Below, in pieces: positions 1 through 12,244 of a stretch of 64,000 nucleotides of DNA. The stretch is from Raillietiella orientalis (lineage: Eukaryota). The position numbers and the translations under genes are program-made. Each line of letters begins with the position of its first letter. Position 1 is the stretch's first letter. The notes beneath the pieces were generated by a model, which saw only the letters and a program-made list of their open reading frames with translations, did not search any database and was not told the DNA's origin. The stretch spans positions 992,001 through 1,056,000 of the forward strand of contig JAYWIR010000017.1 in the NCBI GenBank assembly GCA_036172245.1. The letters are read 5' to 3'.

Positions 1-291
1 ATCGCTTTTCCACTTTTACAAGAGATCATCTCCTTCAGCTCCGCGAAACGGAAAGATTCCGGCACTGCAAGGAAAGATGGACTGTTTAAAGGCGCAGTAG
101 GTAACGGCATATCCGCATGTGCGTTGCGAATCCAGGTACCGTCAGCTGACCACAGGGAAGCTGCTTGATTTTCACTAAGGAATATCAACTAGGTTACAGA
201 GATGACTCGTTTTAAGACGAGAAACTCGGAAATTTCACAATAAATGCATGAGAGACATAAACAGCGCCACAATCACTGCATGAGCACTTAC

Positions 292-3200
292 CCAGTAATG
301 GGACTGCCAAAGACGTCGGCGGAATGATTTCTGCTAGCAGAAGAAAAAAGACCGTCAGTGAAAGAAGAATGGAAATAGAAAGAACGACTTTTTCTCCAGA
401 ATCACAAGGAAGGTAGAAGACAACCACCGTCAGAAAAGAGATTCCTACGCAGGGGACAATCAAGTTCACCGTATAAAACAATGTCTTCCGTCGGATGGTG
501 ACATTGAAGGTGATGTCAGGGTAAGGCTCTTTACAGCAAGGATAGAACTCTTCGTTTCTGCTAGCAGGTATAGCGAGCAAATCCCATTCCACGGAAACAT
601 AGAATTCCCTCAGGTCGACTGCTTCAGGTACAAAATTCGAGCCTGGCACTTGTTTCACGTGGCGCAAGTCAACTTGGAATCCATCATAGGTCCAGGATCC
701 GAATTTGAGCGTGCAGTTTTGCTCATCAAAAGGGAACCAGCGGACGTCGATCTCGCAGTAGGACTTGAAGTTGGCCGGTGGGATCCACGTGACCTCGCCT
801 GTGTATCGCAACGTGGCTTTCGTTAGCATTATGACCTCGAAATTTCCATCGGCGCTAGTCAAGGATAAAACAGATGGATCCGGAAGATGAGATGAGACTT
901 ACTTATTGTACAACACGATGTCCGGCAGCCAGATGTGCTCCGGTGGTACAGACAATTCCTCCACTCCACCGTATTCGGACGGGTCCCATCGCAGCTTATA
1001 GTCCATCCATCTCTGTTATCTTTTCTTTTGAATACGCTTTTTTTTTTTTCGATTGCTATCAGCCTACCTGCTCTACCCAAACGTTTGTAGTCATCATTTG
1101 GTTCCGGAGGTTCTGAAAGTAAATACTTTAGTATCAAGCCGATCCCTCGATTTCAAGAAGAAAAAAAGAAGAAAAAAGTTGCAGTTATTCGCGCAGAAAG
1201 CCGGAACGACCCAGTCTTCCCAGGGTTGCCAATTTAGCGGTTTTCCAGCCAGATCTAGGGTTTTGGGAAACCCATCTAGCGGCTAAAAGCATTTTATCCC
1301 ACTGAGCGGGAATTCTAGCGGGAATTTCAAACCCCGGTACAGAGCCGTTCCTGCCTTCCGGGCGCGTTGCGGAAGAAGGACAGGTTCCTCAGGTTCTGGC
1401 GAGTAGGAGGGTCGCGACGGTGCGCGCAGAAGGGTTTGGGCACGAGCTCTCCTGGACCCGCCGTCGGCGCAGATCTTTGTGGTAGTAGCAAATACTCCAG
1501 TGAGATCCTGGAGGTCTGATGTGGAGGAGCCTTTCCATGCGAACAGCCTTTGATCATGGTTCAGTCGATCCTGAGTCCCCGGAGTAAGGATAAAACAGGC
1601 CGCCGAGGTTTTTCATGTTTGCAAAGAAAATTTTCAATGGTGGATGTTGTGAATAGTCTTAAATAGAATTACGGATATTCTTTATCCACCCCCGTTTCGA
1701 TCTAGGTGGATGTGGAGTCACATTGATAAGTTACTGCATCGTTGATAAAGACCGTCGAGGAAAATGTTTTTCTTATTATTAAAATATTCTGATATGTAAA
1801 TTGTGATCACGGGATTATAAGACTGGAAGTGCAGCACTCTCCTGACAAATGTACCAAGCACGTACATTAGGAGCTTCATAACATAAAATGCAAACTAACA
1901 ATTAATTGTTGATGACGTGAAATTTATTTTTGCACTGTTGAATCTGAAGATTAAATGATCTAATAAGAATGATGATGATAATGATAAAGTCCTAGGTATT
2001 AAAAGCTGAAGTTTTTTTTTTTTGGGGGGGGATCGCGGGTTCTCGAAGGCCATCTAGCAGGACTCCGTTAACTTCTGTTGGTCCAACCCTGGGTCTTACA
2101 TTGCAGTTACCGGAGAGCGCCTTCTCAAGGTACTGAACCGTTTGCACTTTTCTCAGGGAGTCATCGGCATCACCGGTGGAAAACTCATTCGTACTGATCT
2201 GTCAAGTGTACACGCTACTGCAGTAAGGTTAGACATGGTGGATGAAATTCCCCGTTTCCCCGCTGCCGGAGAAGCGAACTTTAGCTGTCGCGAAGCTAGT
2301 AGAAAGTTTTCTCGAGTCTCTGATCAGAAGGAAGTTACATAGACGAGAACTTTGGCACCGGAAGCTAATAATCAGAGCTGACAGTCAAGAAAAAGTGAAA
2401 CTTTTTGTGGAGCGCAGTGGCACAGAAAGATGTCATTTGACATGAAATGACATCTGCGATGATCCTGGGGAAATTCTCATCGCTCCAATTTCTTTCAATT
2501 AGTTCCATGTTCTTTTATTAACATAAGAAGCGGCAGAAGCGGATTGCACGAGCGCATAGTTCGACCGGGCGAATCGTAGCAACCAAAGCTCTGTATCATA
2601 TACTCTCCATAGACAGATGAATCCGCATAGTCCGAAACAAGGCCTCTGCAAATGTCCTTGATCCTAAACTTGGATGTGCTTTTTCCTTTCGTTTTAAAGT
2701 AACCTATTGCACATATAGCTCTCAAAGGAAGCTATTGAAAAGGAAGCTAATGTACCAACTGATGTGAGGCCAATAACGGTGTCAACAGATTCGGATGCAC
2801 AAATCCCGCTGAAAGGATACGCGCTGTTTCTGTATCTGCTCTGTGCACGAAATGGGCATGTATCACGTGGTTGCGATCCACGTGCTGCCTTTCCCGTAGA
2901 CTTATCTCGGACAATGAATGATAAAGTGTACGGCACTTTCGAAGTCACTAATGAGGTTCCGCCGAAAAGTGAGATCCGAATTCGTTGCTCATCAACCAGT
3001 CGTTTCCTCAGTCTCATTTCTTTGACTCTCCCTGCCTTACAAAGAATGGATGCACTGGAAATGCCCAAAGAAAACGCTTGAGTCGAGCCGAATTCTAAAA
3101 AAGATTCTTCGTGAGCGGCATGCGTCACCTCAGGTCCACTCGTCTTGAACAAACATGTAAAGCCAATTTTTTTTTTTTAAAAAAAAGGGGGAAAAAGGCC

Positions 3201-3693
3201 TTAAAAAGGAACATCGAAAGCCGACGGTGCCTCAGAATGTGAAGTTTCCAGTATGAAAGAGATTCCAACCTACAGAAAGCAAAACTGAGCTCTCGCGAGA
3301 AGTGGAACACCAGCATGCAAAACGGAAGAGTTGACCTGACCAAGTGCTAAAACTAATAAGTATCTGAGTCTCTGAAATGTGTCCAAAGCGCAGCGTTGTT
3401 GACACACGACCACGCACTAGGTCACCAAAGAGAAACACACAAAGAGCTAGTACGGTTGTAGTCCTCACCACTTCTATAAGCTGAGTCAATTTCAAATCCA
3501 TATACACCATCAACTTCTCACTTGTATTGCGTACAGGCCGAATAAGGCGGTTGTAGTTGCTCAGTAGGTCGTCATACAGATTGTTGATGTGCTCCACGGC
3601 ATGGGCTTCTGAGGAATAGTTGCCATCTGGAATCATGAGATACACATTACCTTCTTCTCGAGCGAGCAACGTGATGATGAAGAAGGGTAGCAT
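292..3693 (-). CDS. Nicotinic acetylcholine receptor alpha subunit, insect alpha1-4-like group; 5' part only, continues beyond the window start. Exons 3693-3469 (possible 24-nt intron at 3627-3650), 1112-1068, 1012-903, 854-292.
   Basis: The spliced translation reads [74 protein letters not shown]. It has the Cys-loop [15 protein letters not shown], loop B WTYDG, vicinal-cysteine loop [10 protein letters not shown] (diagnostic of alpha subunits) and TM1-TM2 [38 protein letters not shown]. All junctions are GT..AG and phase-compatible. Confidence 0.95.
1400..1576 (+). pseudogene. Isolated 28S (LSU) rRNA fragment inside the nAChR intron
   Basis: GAGTAGGAGGGTCGCGACGG..GCAGATCTTTGTGGTAGTAGCAAATACTCCAG..GTGGAGGAG..GAACAGCC..TCAGTCGATCCTGAG matches the conserved eukaryotic LSU core (GCAGATCTTGGTGGTAGTAGCAAATA...) with substitutions. 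No flanking rDNA is present. Confidence 0.9.
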
Positions 3694-6600
3694 TTCTTGA
3701 CAATACTTATACATGTAATCCAAGTAGGAGCTCCCAACTTAGTGGCTGGAAGAAAAATTTTTTTTTATGATACGTTGTTCCTCATCTCTGTTCTCAATTT
3801 CCGTGTCTTTGAAAAGTTCAATCAGCAATTTCTAGAGCAATGCTTTTGTTTTGTTTTGTTTTTTGGGGGTTCCATTCATCTATTCAATAAATAAATAAAT
3901 AAAAACGCTTTTTCGAGCACTTCAGTTTCTCATTCAGGTTCCCCTGTTCCCTTGTTGCAATTGTAGTGACTCTTGTTAGCAATTGTGGGATTGGTTGCAG
4001 AATCCCAGCTTTCTGAGCATCCTTCAGAAAGGTGAGCACATTGTGCCCAGCAGTCTACCAGCATCCCTTTGAGAGCCTTGGTTTCAACCAAAGTAACGCA
4101 TATCCTTCCGTAGCATTTTTGCCGTCTCACTGCTTCCCGGAATGAATTCAGGGACAGACAACAAGGTACATCACTTTTCCTCCCACTGTTGGAAGCCATA
4201 TTTGAAAACATGACATGCCCACTTTCATCGGGAAGATGAGCATCGCTTCCATAGAAAAAAAAATATAGATAGGTAGATGGATTCTGGTGTGCCTCCCAAG
4301 TAAGATCAAGGTTGCCAAAGATTTCATAAACGCTGCGCACTGAGTTTGCACTCTCCGCCTTTAGTACATCTGAAAAATCCAAACATTCACATCATAGCTC
4401 TCTGAAGCTCTCTCCTTCATGGAAAACAATCATCGCGTCTGGTTTTTTTTCAACTCCAATGCTGCATATTTTTTCGTAATTCTAGTATACAACTTCTATT
4501 GACAGCAAGGTGCCGTTTTTCCATCAAGGGTGCTCTTGTCTTTCGACAACTGATACTTTTAATTAAGAATCCCATCGTTCAAAAATGGAAGAAAAAAAAA
4601 AAAAAAAAACACCCCAAAATATTCATCACCTAAGAATACCGCTCTTTTTTCAGCTCAGCAAGTTCTCTACGGAGAGATATTTTGTAACTGTAACCTGATC
4701 CATCACTGATGGAACGATACATCATCAGGATCTATGACCCAGTTTGATTCTGACGAAACTCCTGCATTCAAAATAATGACGGGAACATTAAGAATACAAT
4801 GATTTCGCTAGAGGACGATCTTCGAGTCGAGAAGAAAGCAGACGAGCTTTAGGTTGCGATCTGAGGAGACGAAGCAAACGCACCTTTATGAGCCCAAAAT
4901 GAGCAACGACAAAATTCATGACCGCGTTGTTCTGAGCTATGTCGAGCAACCACGGAGTCGGGCGCCTGACGAGTCCGAAACCATCCGTGGTAACTCTGGG
5001 AAATTTGAGGTCACACGAACCATCACAAATGCAGAAACTCAAACTCGAAAGCGAATGAGAAAATCGGGTAAAGCTGAACTTAAAAATGCATCGCCAGCAT
5101 TAATAAACATTCTGCAGTTCCCTTGCTCTGCCATTTTCCCTTTAATTCCTTTCTAGCAGTGCTCATCTTTTGTTTGCCAATTGGTCTAGACAAATGCATA
5201 TTTGCCTAGATAAATAAACACGTATCATCCGCATTCGAGTCTGATTTTAATAGATGGGTTTCAATCAAAGAGGAAAACCCTAGCCAACACTTTTTTTTTC
5301 TTAGAGAATTCCTTTTGAAAGTAAGGATTCTGTGGTGCGTGGAATCCCCATCGAAATTTCCGAGGAGGAGATTTCCTGGTAGGGGTTTCGAGGACATTGT
5401 CCTTAGCCTTCCACGAAGAACAATCCCTAATGAGGCGCATTCAGACTTTTGGATGCCGAAATACCCTTAGGCGCCCGCCATCGCTGGGCGACACCGTGAT
5501 GACGTGTTGGATGTAAGTGTCAAATATGAAGAAAGAATATAACAGAACAGTGGTGCTGGAAGACTAAAAAATTATGGCAGCGTGAGCAAGGACTTCTGGA
5601 CTTCTGTCGGTGATGTTCTATCTTTCGGATAGAACATCACCGACTGCTCATGATGTCCCTGACAACATAACTGTATGTGATGTACAGATTCCAGACAACG
5701 GGAAAAATTCACTGCTGTGTACTCTGAAGCGGAAAATATTTCTTGCGTACTTGAAAGTGGGAAACGTGCTGATCTCTGCTAAGTCAACGAATGTGATGTT
5801 ATCATTAGAAACTAACACTTCGAGAGTTTGCATATGCAGACTTCAACATCGCAGGCAACTTCGAAGGAATCTCGTCAAAGCCATTTCTTTTGCAGTTTTC
5901 TTGGCCGGCTATGTGAACTTTTGTGCGCGTGCTAAAATGACGATGGCTTCTTTGGAGAAGGCTGCGAATTTCAATTCACTTTGCGTTCCCCTTCTGACCC
6001 TCTCTTTGACATATAGGTAAGAAAAGCTGGTAAACTTTGAAAAGAAGAAAAAAAAAAGATCAAATTATTCACGTTGGAGTATGCAAATCAGGACCATATG
6101 AGAATTCATTTGAAGGCCCTTCTAAGGGTTGAATGGTGCAGTGGACGCCACTTTCCCCGCTTGAGATACGTAAAGATGCATGCCGTACTTCACACAAAGA
6201 GAACAAACGTCAACCGACCTATTTACACTTCCTTTTGGTGCTGTTCCAATACGTAGTCATTTCTCGTTCCGTCCCCTGCTGCATGTCAGATGTGTGCTCC
6301 GGATGCTCTGTGAGGCAAATCGGAGCAGTTGTCTTGGGCGCTCTTCGATACGATATCCTTAAGCCCTTGGGTTGCTTTCTCGCGTTTCCTTCCTTTCCTT
6401 GGAGATTTAGGCGTCCATACGAGCTCCCTCATGGTGGCTGCACCAGTAATCGTCAGCTTGCTATTCTTCGGCACGCCATGAGAAAACGAATATCCTCTAC
6501 GTCACCTTCCTCACAGTTCCAGAACCGTAAAGCAAGATGTGTGCCAACTTGTGAAGGTGAATGGATGGCTTGCTCTTAAAGAAGACCTCCGTTTCCCATC

Positions 6601-9600
6601 ATACCATTGCAGGAAGAACTGATGCACTTATAGAAAAAAATTTCGGTCCATGAAATGGGGGGTTCACCTAGTCACACTGCCAGGGTGATCAGCTGAACGC
6701 ATTTTGGGAGAAGCGAGAGAGCGATTGAAAGGTGATGCGATAAAAGGTCTCGTGCACTTAATGGAGAAAGTTTTCTCTAAAAATTGCTTGAGTTCGATGA
6801 TGGCACCACGCAAGGTGTATTTGAACGGAGATGCAGAGTTTTCTTTTGGTGATTTTCAGAAAGCTGAGATTTCTGTCGATCAGCTTCAAGAGGAGTTTTG
6901 AAACCCCAGTCAGTGGAACTGCCCGCTTTTGAGAACATGAGATGCAGCTTCCTTCGCTTATCAATGGAGTTTGGTACGTCTCACCCAAATGGGCCTGCGC
7001 CGTCAGCATTCAACGTGCAGCAGCACCCGCGTATGAAATCTGTATGCATAAACAAAGTTGCACTTGGAGAAGCATTTGGCCACAAGTCTTTGGAAGGCTT
7101 TCGGATGCTGGATACTTCCGCTTGTCCTCCTAAATTTATTCCTGGACTGTGAAGCGAGCACGTGTGATTTGGGTGCCTGGTCTATCTTCGCGGAGCGCAT
7201 TTCCGAGTCGTGCCTCCGAGAAGTTCGACTGCTGCATTCCAATTTTTTCGATTCTTTTCGGCTCGGGTTCTTCCTTGCATGCTGATGTCGTGAGGGGACA
7301 AAAGAAAAAAAATCAAAGAAAACATCGAAAGATGAAAAGATATGAACACAATGCAATGAGTTTGTGAGGAATTTCCTCTTGACACAAAGAATGGGAGCAA
7401 TCCTGAAATAGCTTCTTCGCATCCATTTTTAATGCCCAGCTATTTCTAATCTAATAGATTCGATCAAATTATCTTTTAAAAGCAAACAAGACAGATGGAA
7501 AAATTCGAAACAGGGTGATTGAATCATGAAGAATCAGCAGCAAGAGAGAAGGTAGTTAGAGCATTCGCTCATCTTAAAGAAACTCAATCCTTCTGGAAGA
7601 ACTTTTGGAAAACCCAACTACGCGGCAGCCTGAGCTGCAGACCGAGCAACGCGTCTCCTGAAAAGGTGGTTGGACTGAGAGAAGAATTTTTGATTTTCGG
7701 TAGCGGCACAGCGAATGGCACAGAAAATGGGCACCACGGTCGAGCGGCGTCGAACACGCCTACTTGGCTTTACTTCCAGCCTGACGCGAATACAAATTGA
7801 ACCTCATAGGTAATTAAGTTGCTTTTCTCTTGAATCTGAGGATGGCTGCTGCAAGTCTGGAGGGGAATAGTGTCATTCATATAAATGGTACCGTAGATCC
7901 AGATTGGATGATTCACCATACAAGACCACAACGAGGATATGTGTGCCAACGAGGATGTGACCGCAACGAGGATATGTAAGCAGGGCTGGAAAGGAATCAC
8001 GGAACTAGTGATGCTCTACTTGGGCTCCGAAAAAGGTACGGAATCGAATCCAGGGAATGTTTTTTTTCTTTCTCTCTCGCTTTGAGACGATTGCAAAAAA
8101 TGAAAGGCAGAATGCCTCCATGCTGACAAGCGGAGCATCTCGATGCTTAACGCAATTGCGAAACAGACTTTCTGGGCAGTTGTTCGCGTAACAGATTTGA
8201 GTGTCTTCTGTTTCTGCGAACAGAGTCATTCATTCGACCTCGACAAATGGAATGAGAATCGAACAGGCAAAAAATCCTTTGTTTTTTCTTTCCTTTCGTG
8301 AAACAGACTGGGGACTTGCAATCGGCTGAGTAAACCCAATTAGTTATTGCTTTTGTTTTGTTGTGAGCACAAGAGCTTTTTTGTTTTCTTATTTGGTATG
8401 TATTCTTTATGATGAACCCGGATGCTGGGCCGTATGTTCCTCCACAGACGAAGCCGCCGCCATCTGAATAGGCTTGTGAAGCTGTTATTAACTGCTACTT
8501 CAGCAGAACGGATGATTTTCACTGTTGTATTCGAGAAGAAATGACCAGACATCCAAAAAAGGTCAGGCAAGGACTGAGAGCTCATGGAATAAATGACCTG
8601 TCTCATGAGCCACACGACAGAATCGCCGATGTTTCTGATAAAAGTTTCCTTCCTTTTCAGCCTTTCCTCGGATGATGGCTTGGGTGCCTTGCAAATCTTC
8701 AAAGGGCATCAGTGAAGCTGAGCTCACCGCGTACTGCAGCAGTCACGAGCGAAGATTAGTCACTCAAAGGCTGGTCGCGTACTTGCTGTGCCATGGATTG
8801 CGCAAGAGAGAGTGAATGCTAAACATGCCACAGCTGTCACGAGCTACTGAAGACAGTAAGCAGATCGTTGATTCCCTGGTGAAGTTCGTATTCGTCTCTC
8901 CACTTAATTTAACCATATCCGTTTCTTTCCTCCACAGCTTTCCATAGCAGCTATGAATGTTTTTCGATGCTTGGCTGCTCGATTAACCCGTTTTCATGTA
9001 AAATCAGCGCTTGGTGATGTCTCCATTGGATGAGAGTTTACATATCCGACTTCTTTCGCTCTTCCATGATGTTTGGTTTCAGAGTGCCTTTTTTTTTATT
9101 TTGCGGGTGCACGTCTGTATGTCACGCGCAGACACACGAGAGTTGCAATGCTCGTGCTCGTATTGCAACTCTCGCATCATGTCTTGTGTTACGAAAACTT
9201 CGGCAGCAGCCGTCTTTCGACTCTCGAAGCAGATCATCGGGAACTGGTCGCCTTTGAGATTCCTCTGTGTCGCGCATTTTGGAACTCCGACGAATATGGC
9301 TTTTCAAGTCGGAACTTCCTCAAGGACAGTACAAGGCTAACCCGCTCTCTGAAATTATCACGAGTGGGGCTGCAATACCTTCAGTTTTATTACATAGAGT
9401 CGTTGGTCCTTTGTAGTTTAGTTGCCAATGGAAATTTTCCTTAGATTTCCTCATCTCTGCTTCTTGCGTTCTCGTTCAGTCGGATCCTTAACACCGGGTT
9501 CCGATTTTCCATTTTATTCAGTTCCACTCCTCCAAAGGAAGCAGCATTTGCTGTGATACCTCAAAACATCAGAAAGTCCGATGGTCGCCATCGAATTTGC

Positions 9601-11938
9601 AGACAGAGGTGACCTTTGAAGAGAACCGCTTTGGAGCGGGGTTTCCAATGACATGACCACTTTCTCAATCAGGTAATCTATCATTTCAAATATATATCTA
9701 TATAAATTAACAAAAGCACAAGTAAACTGGGCTAGGCATTTCTGTCAGCCTCTGGACCGCAGGAAGGAACTTGATGAAAACCAATGGATGCTCGGTTCGT
9801 CAGATGAATATTCTCTTATCAAGAAAGCACAGCCTGTGCTTTTTTGTTAATATTCACGTGATGGGAAACAGTCCTCGAGTATCAGATGATCGAAATATCT
9901 CTTTCCAAACGAGCATGCTTTCGCGTGCCATGTTATAACATGTGTGGCGTTACACCGTGGCAAGAGACTCGTATGACATGTGACTTCACAGGACTGTGTG
10001 ACATTCAAGTTTTATCGCTGCGTCCCGTGGTATGCCGTTCCAGACGCGCAAGAATTCCGCCCAAAAGCAGACACAGAGACAGAACTGGGCAAAAGGCGAC
10101 CTGCGATATTCCACGTGGCAAGGATACGAGATGTCTACCGAGGAAAGACTACACTCAGACCTTATTTTACTACTACACAGCTACACGCTATGCTCATGCA
10201 ATGTTCCGAATTCACAGAAATGCACGTTTCACTCCGGAGAGACTCAGATTCGAACTCACATCCTGCATGCAAGAGATCATCTGCTTGAGTCATCAATGCA
10301 ATCCAAGCATAAGCACTCACCTATGAAAAAGTGGGCGTTGGCGCCATGCCTCTTATTTAGAGTGGGTGTGATTTTTAGTGCAATTATTTGTTTGCTTCAC
10401 TTGAACTTCGAGGAAATCGATAGTTCGACTGTGCTGCCATCTCTTGGGAGCTCGACTACTGAACATCCTCCCGTACCGAAGTGTGCATGCGCCGCGTGAG
10501 TATTCCCAGCAAGGGAGCCGCTACCAAAACGGCGCCACTGGGACACCATAACTTCTTGTTACTGACCTCTTATTGCAATTAGGACATTGTGGGAAGAGCA
10601 GCAGACTCCGGTTAGCAGTCTTCGCTTGTTGCGGAAACGTCCTTAAGGATACGCATCATGTGACTGATCCATCAACTCATATGGACCGGAGATTCGTACC
10701 GTGGTCCTGCTTTAAATTTCAGTCGACTCAGAGAGCAGCGCAAGCGAATTCTACAGGGAATTCCTCGGAGGTCCTGCTTCCAGACGCTCAGTCTATCGTG
10801 TCAGTGGAGCTGTTTTGTTCGGGTTCACCTGGAAACGCCTCTGCTTATGTAAGGGAGAAGAGAGAAGAAACGCTGAAGGAAATGAGGAGCTTCGAATAGT
10901 TCTGACTGCTTCGGGAAGCCTGCTGGAAACTATCGCTTCTGTGCCGCAATCCTGGAAGATCGCCTGTGCCAGCTCCAAGATGCGTCCTGGAAGAAGGGAG
11001 CGTTGCGCCGAAGGCAGAGGGAGCAGAGGGACGCCAGGAGAAAGGAGATCACGAAACGCGGATCATCAGTACCCTCAGGCTCCATCCGGGAACGACCAGG
11101 AGCTCGGCATCCATCGGCAGAGATCCTTGCGGTTTCGAAATGGCACATGCGGCGTCCTCGGCTACCTGGCTCCCCCCCCCCTCCGCCGAAATGTTTACCG
11201 CGACGCGTGCTGGCTCCGATCTCTGGAGACGTGAGGTCATGAGAACCAACCCTGCCCGTTGCTTCTTTCAGGAGATCCGTTCCCAAAGGCTCCCCGCGGC
11301 TGCTCTCTTCGTAGCCAAGAAGAACGGACTCCCGGTACCTGCCCGTTCCTGGATGAAAGCATCCTGACCTCCTGTAGCGGCAAAAAGGATCCCTGCTGAC
11401 AGGTTTGAAGAAAAAAAACCTGTCGCCACTCTACTTGACTCGGAGACGGCGCCACCAACGGCAAGAAGGAGGGCAGGAAAGGAGGAACTGCACGCCTCCC
11501 TCTTGTGGCTTGGAAACGCCACCGCATCATTCAGACGGGAGGCAGAGAGCTGGAGAAGCAGCAGGCAGTCACCCAAAGCATGATGCAAATAAAGAGAGGA
11601 GATTCTTCTGCTACTTCATCTCGGGGAGCCAGCCATTTTGTTGTCAACGGGAAGTGTGGACTCCTCCTCTGGATGGCCGCGGACCATAGGCAAGACTCGG
11701 CAAATCCCAGTGGCCCTCGCGTGTCGTCTCTGGCTGCCCCTCGACCAGGGCCCTGGGAGTTAGCCTATCCCGCAGGTGGGAAAGGAAAGACGCAGCAGCA
11801 GCGACGGCGGTGCTCTTTTTGTGGGCTCGGAGGATGGGGGGGAGAGGAAGAGCGAAGGACCGATCCCGAAGAGGTGAAGGAGAGCGCAGATTTATTGAGG
11901 CGTCTCCTCAGGCTGGAGGGAGATGCGAACGGGAGAGC

Positions 11939-12244
11939 TCAGGCTCTCCCGCGTGGGCTCGTAATCGAGCAGGTGGAGTTTTCCAGCCTCTCCTTCTCTT
12001 GCCAGGGCACCAGGACCTCGAGCGCGCAAGTGCGCCCCACTCTGTCGGTGCAGTTCAGCACGGTATCGAAGAGGAACCTCCATCCCGAAGTCAGCTGGCT
12101 CCTGAAGTTCTTGATCTGCAGCACCTCGCACTGCTGCACCTCGGAGGAGAGCTCCATCTTCAGCTTCTCGAACTGCTGGACCGACCTGTAGAAGTCATCG
12201 CTGGTTCTGGGAGGGTCGACGGGGTCGGACAGCTTCCGCAGCCC
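11939..12244 (-). CDS. Cystatin-like domain exon (divergent); upstream exon(s) uncertain
   Basis: After a polypyrimidine-TTGCAG acceptor the frame reads GLRKLSDP..FEKLKMELSSEVQQCEVLQIKNFRSQLTSGWRFLFDTVLNCTDRVGRTCALEVLVPWQEKERLENSTCS. It shows an N-terminal G, a QxVxG-like QLTSG loop, a PW hairpin and cysteine spacing typical of type-2 cystatins. Confidence 0.55.
   Translation of the reverse strand, partial: GLRKLSDPVDPPRTSDDFYRSVQQFEKLKMELSSEVQQCEVLQIKNFRSQLTSGWRFLFDTVLNCTDRVGRTCALEVLVPWQEKERLENSTCSITSPRGRA

Noticed and set aside
4000..9700. Endogenous viral element or retrotransposon in coding-looking patches (also 21.2-22.4 kb and 34.2-36.3 kb)
   Set aside because: No RT, integrase, transposase or RdRp motif was recognisable in any listed frame. 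A BLASTX would be needed to exclude old relics.
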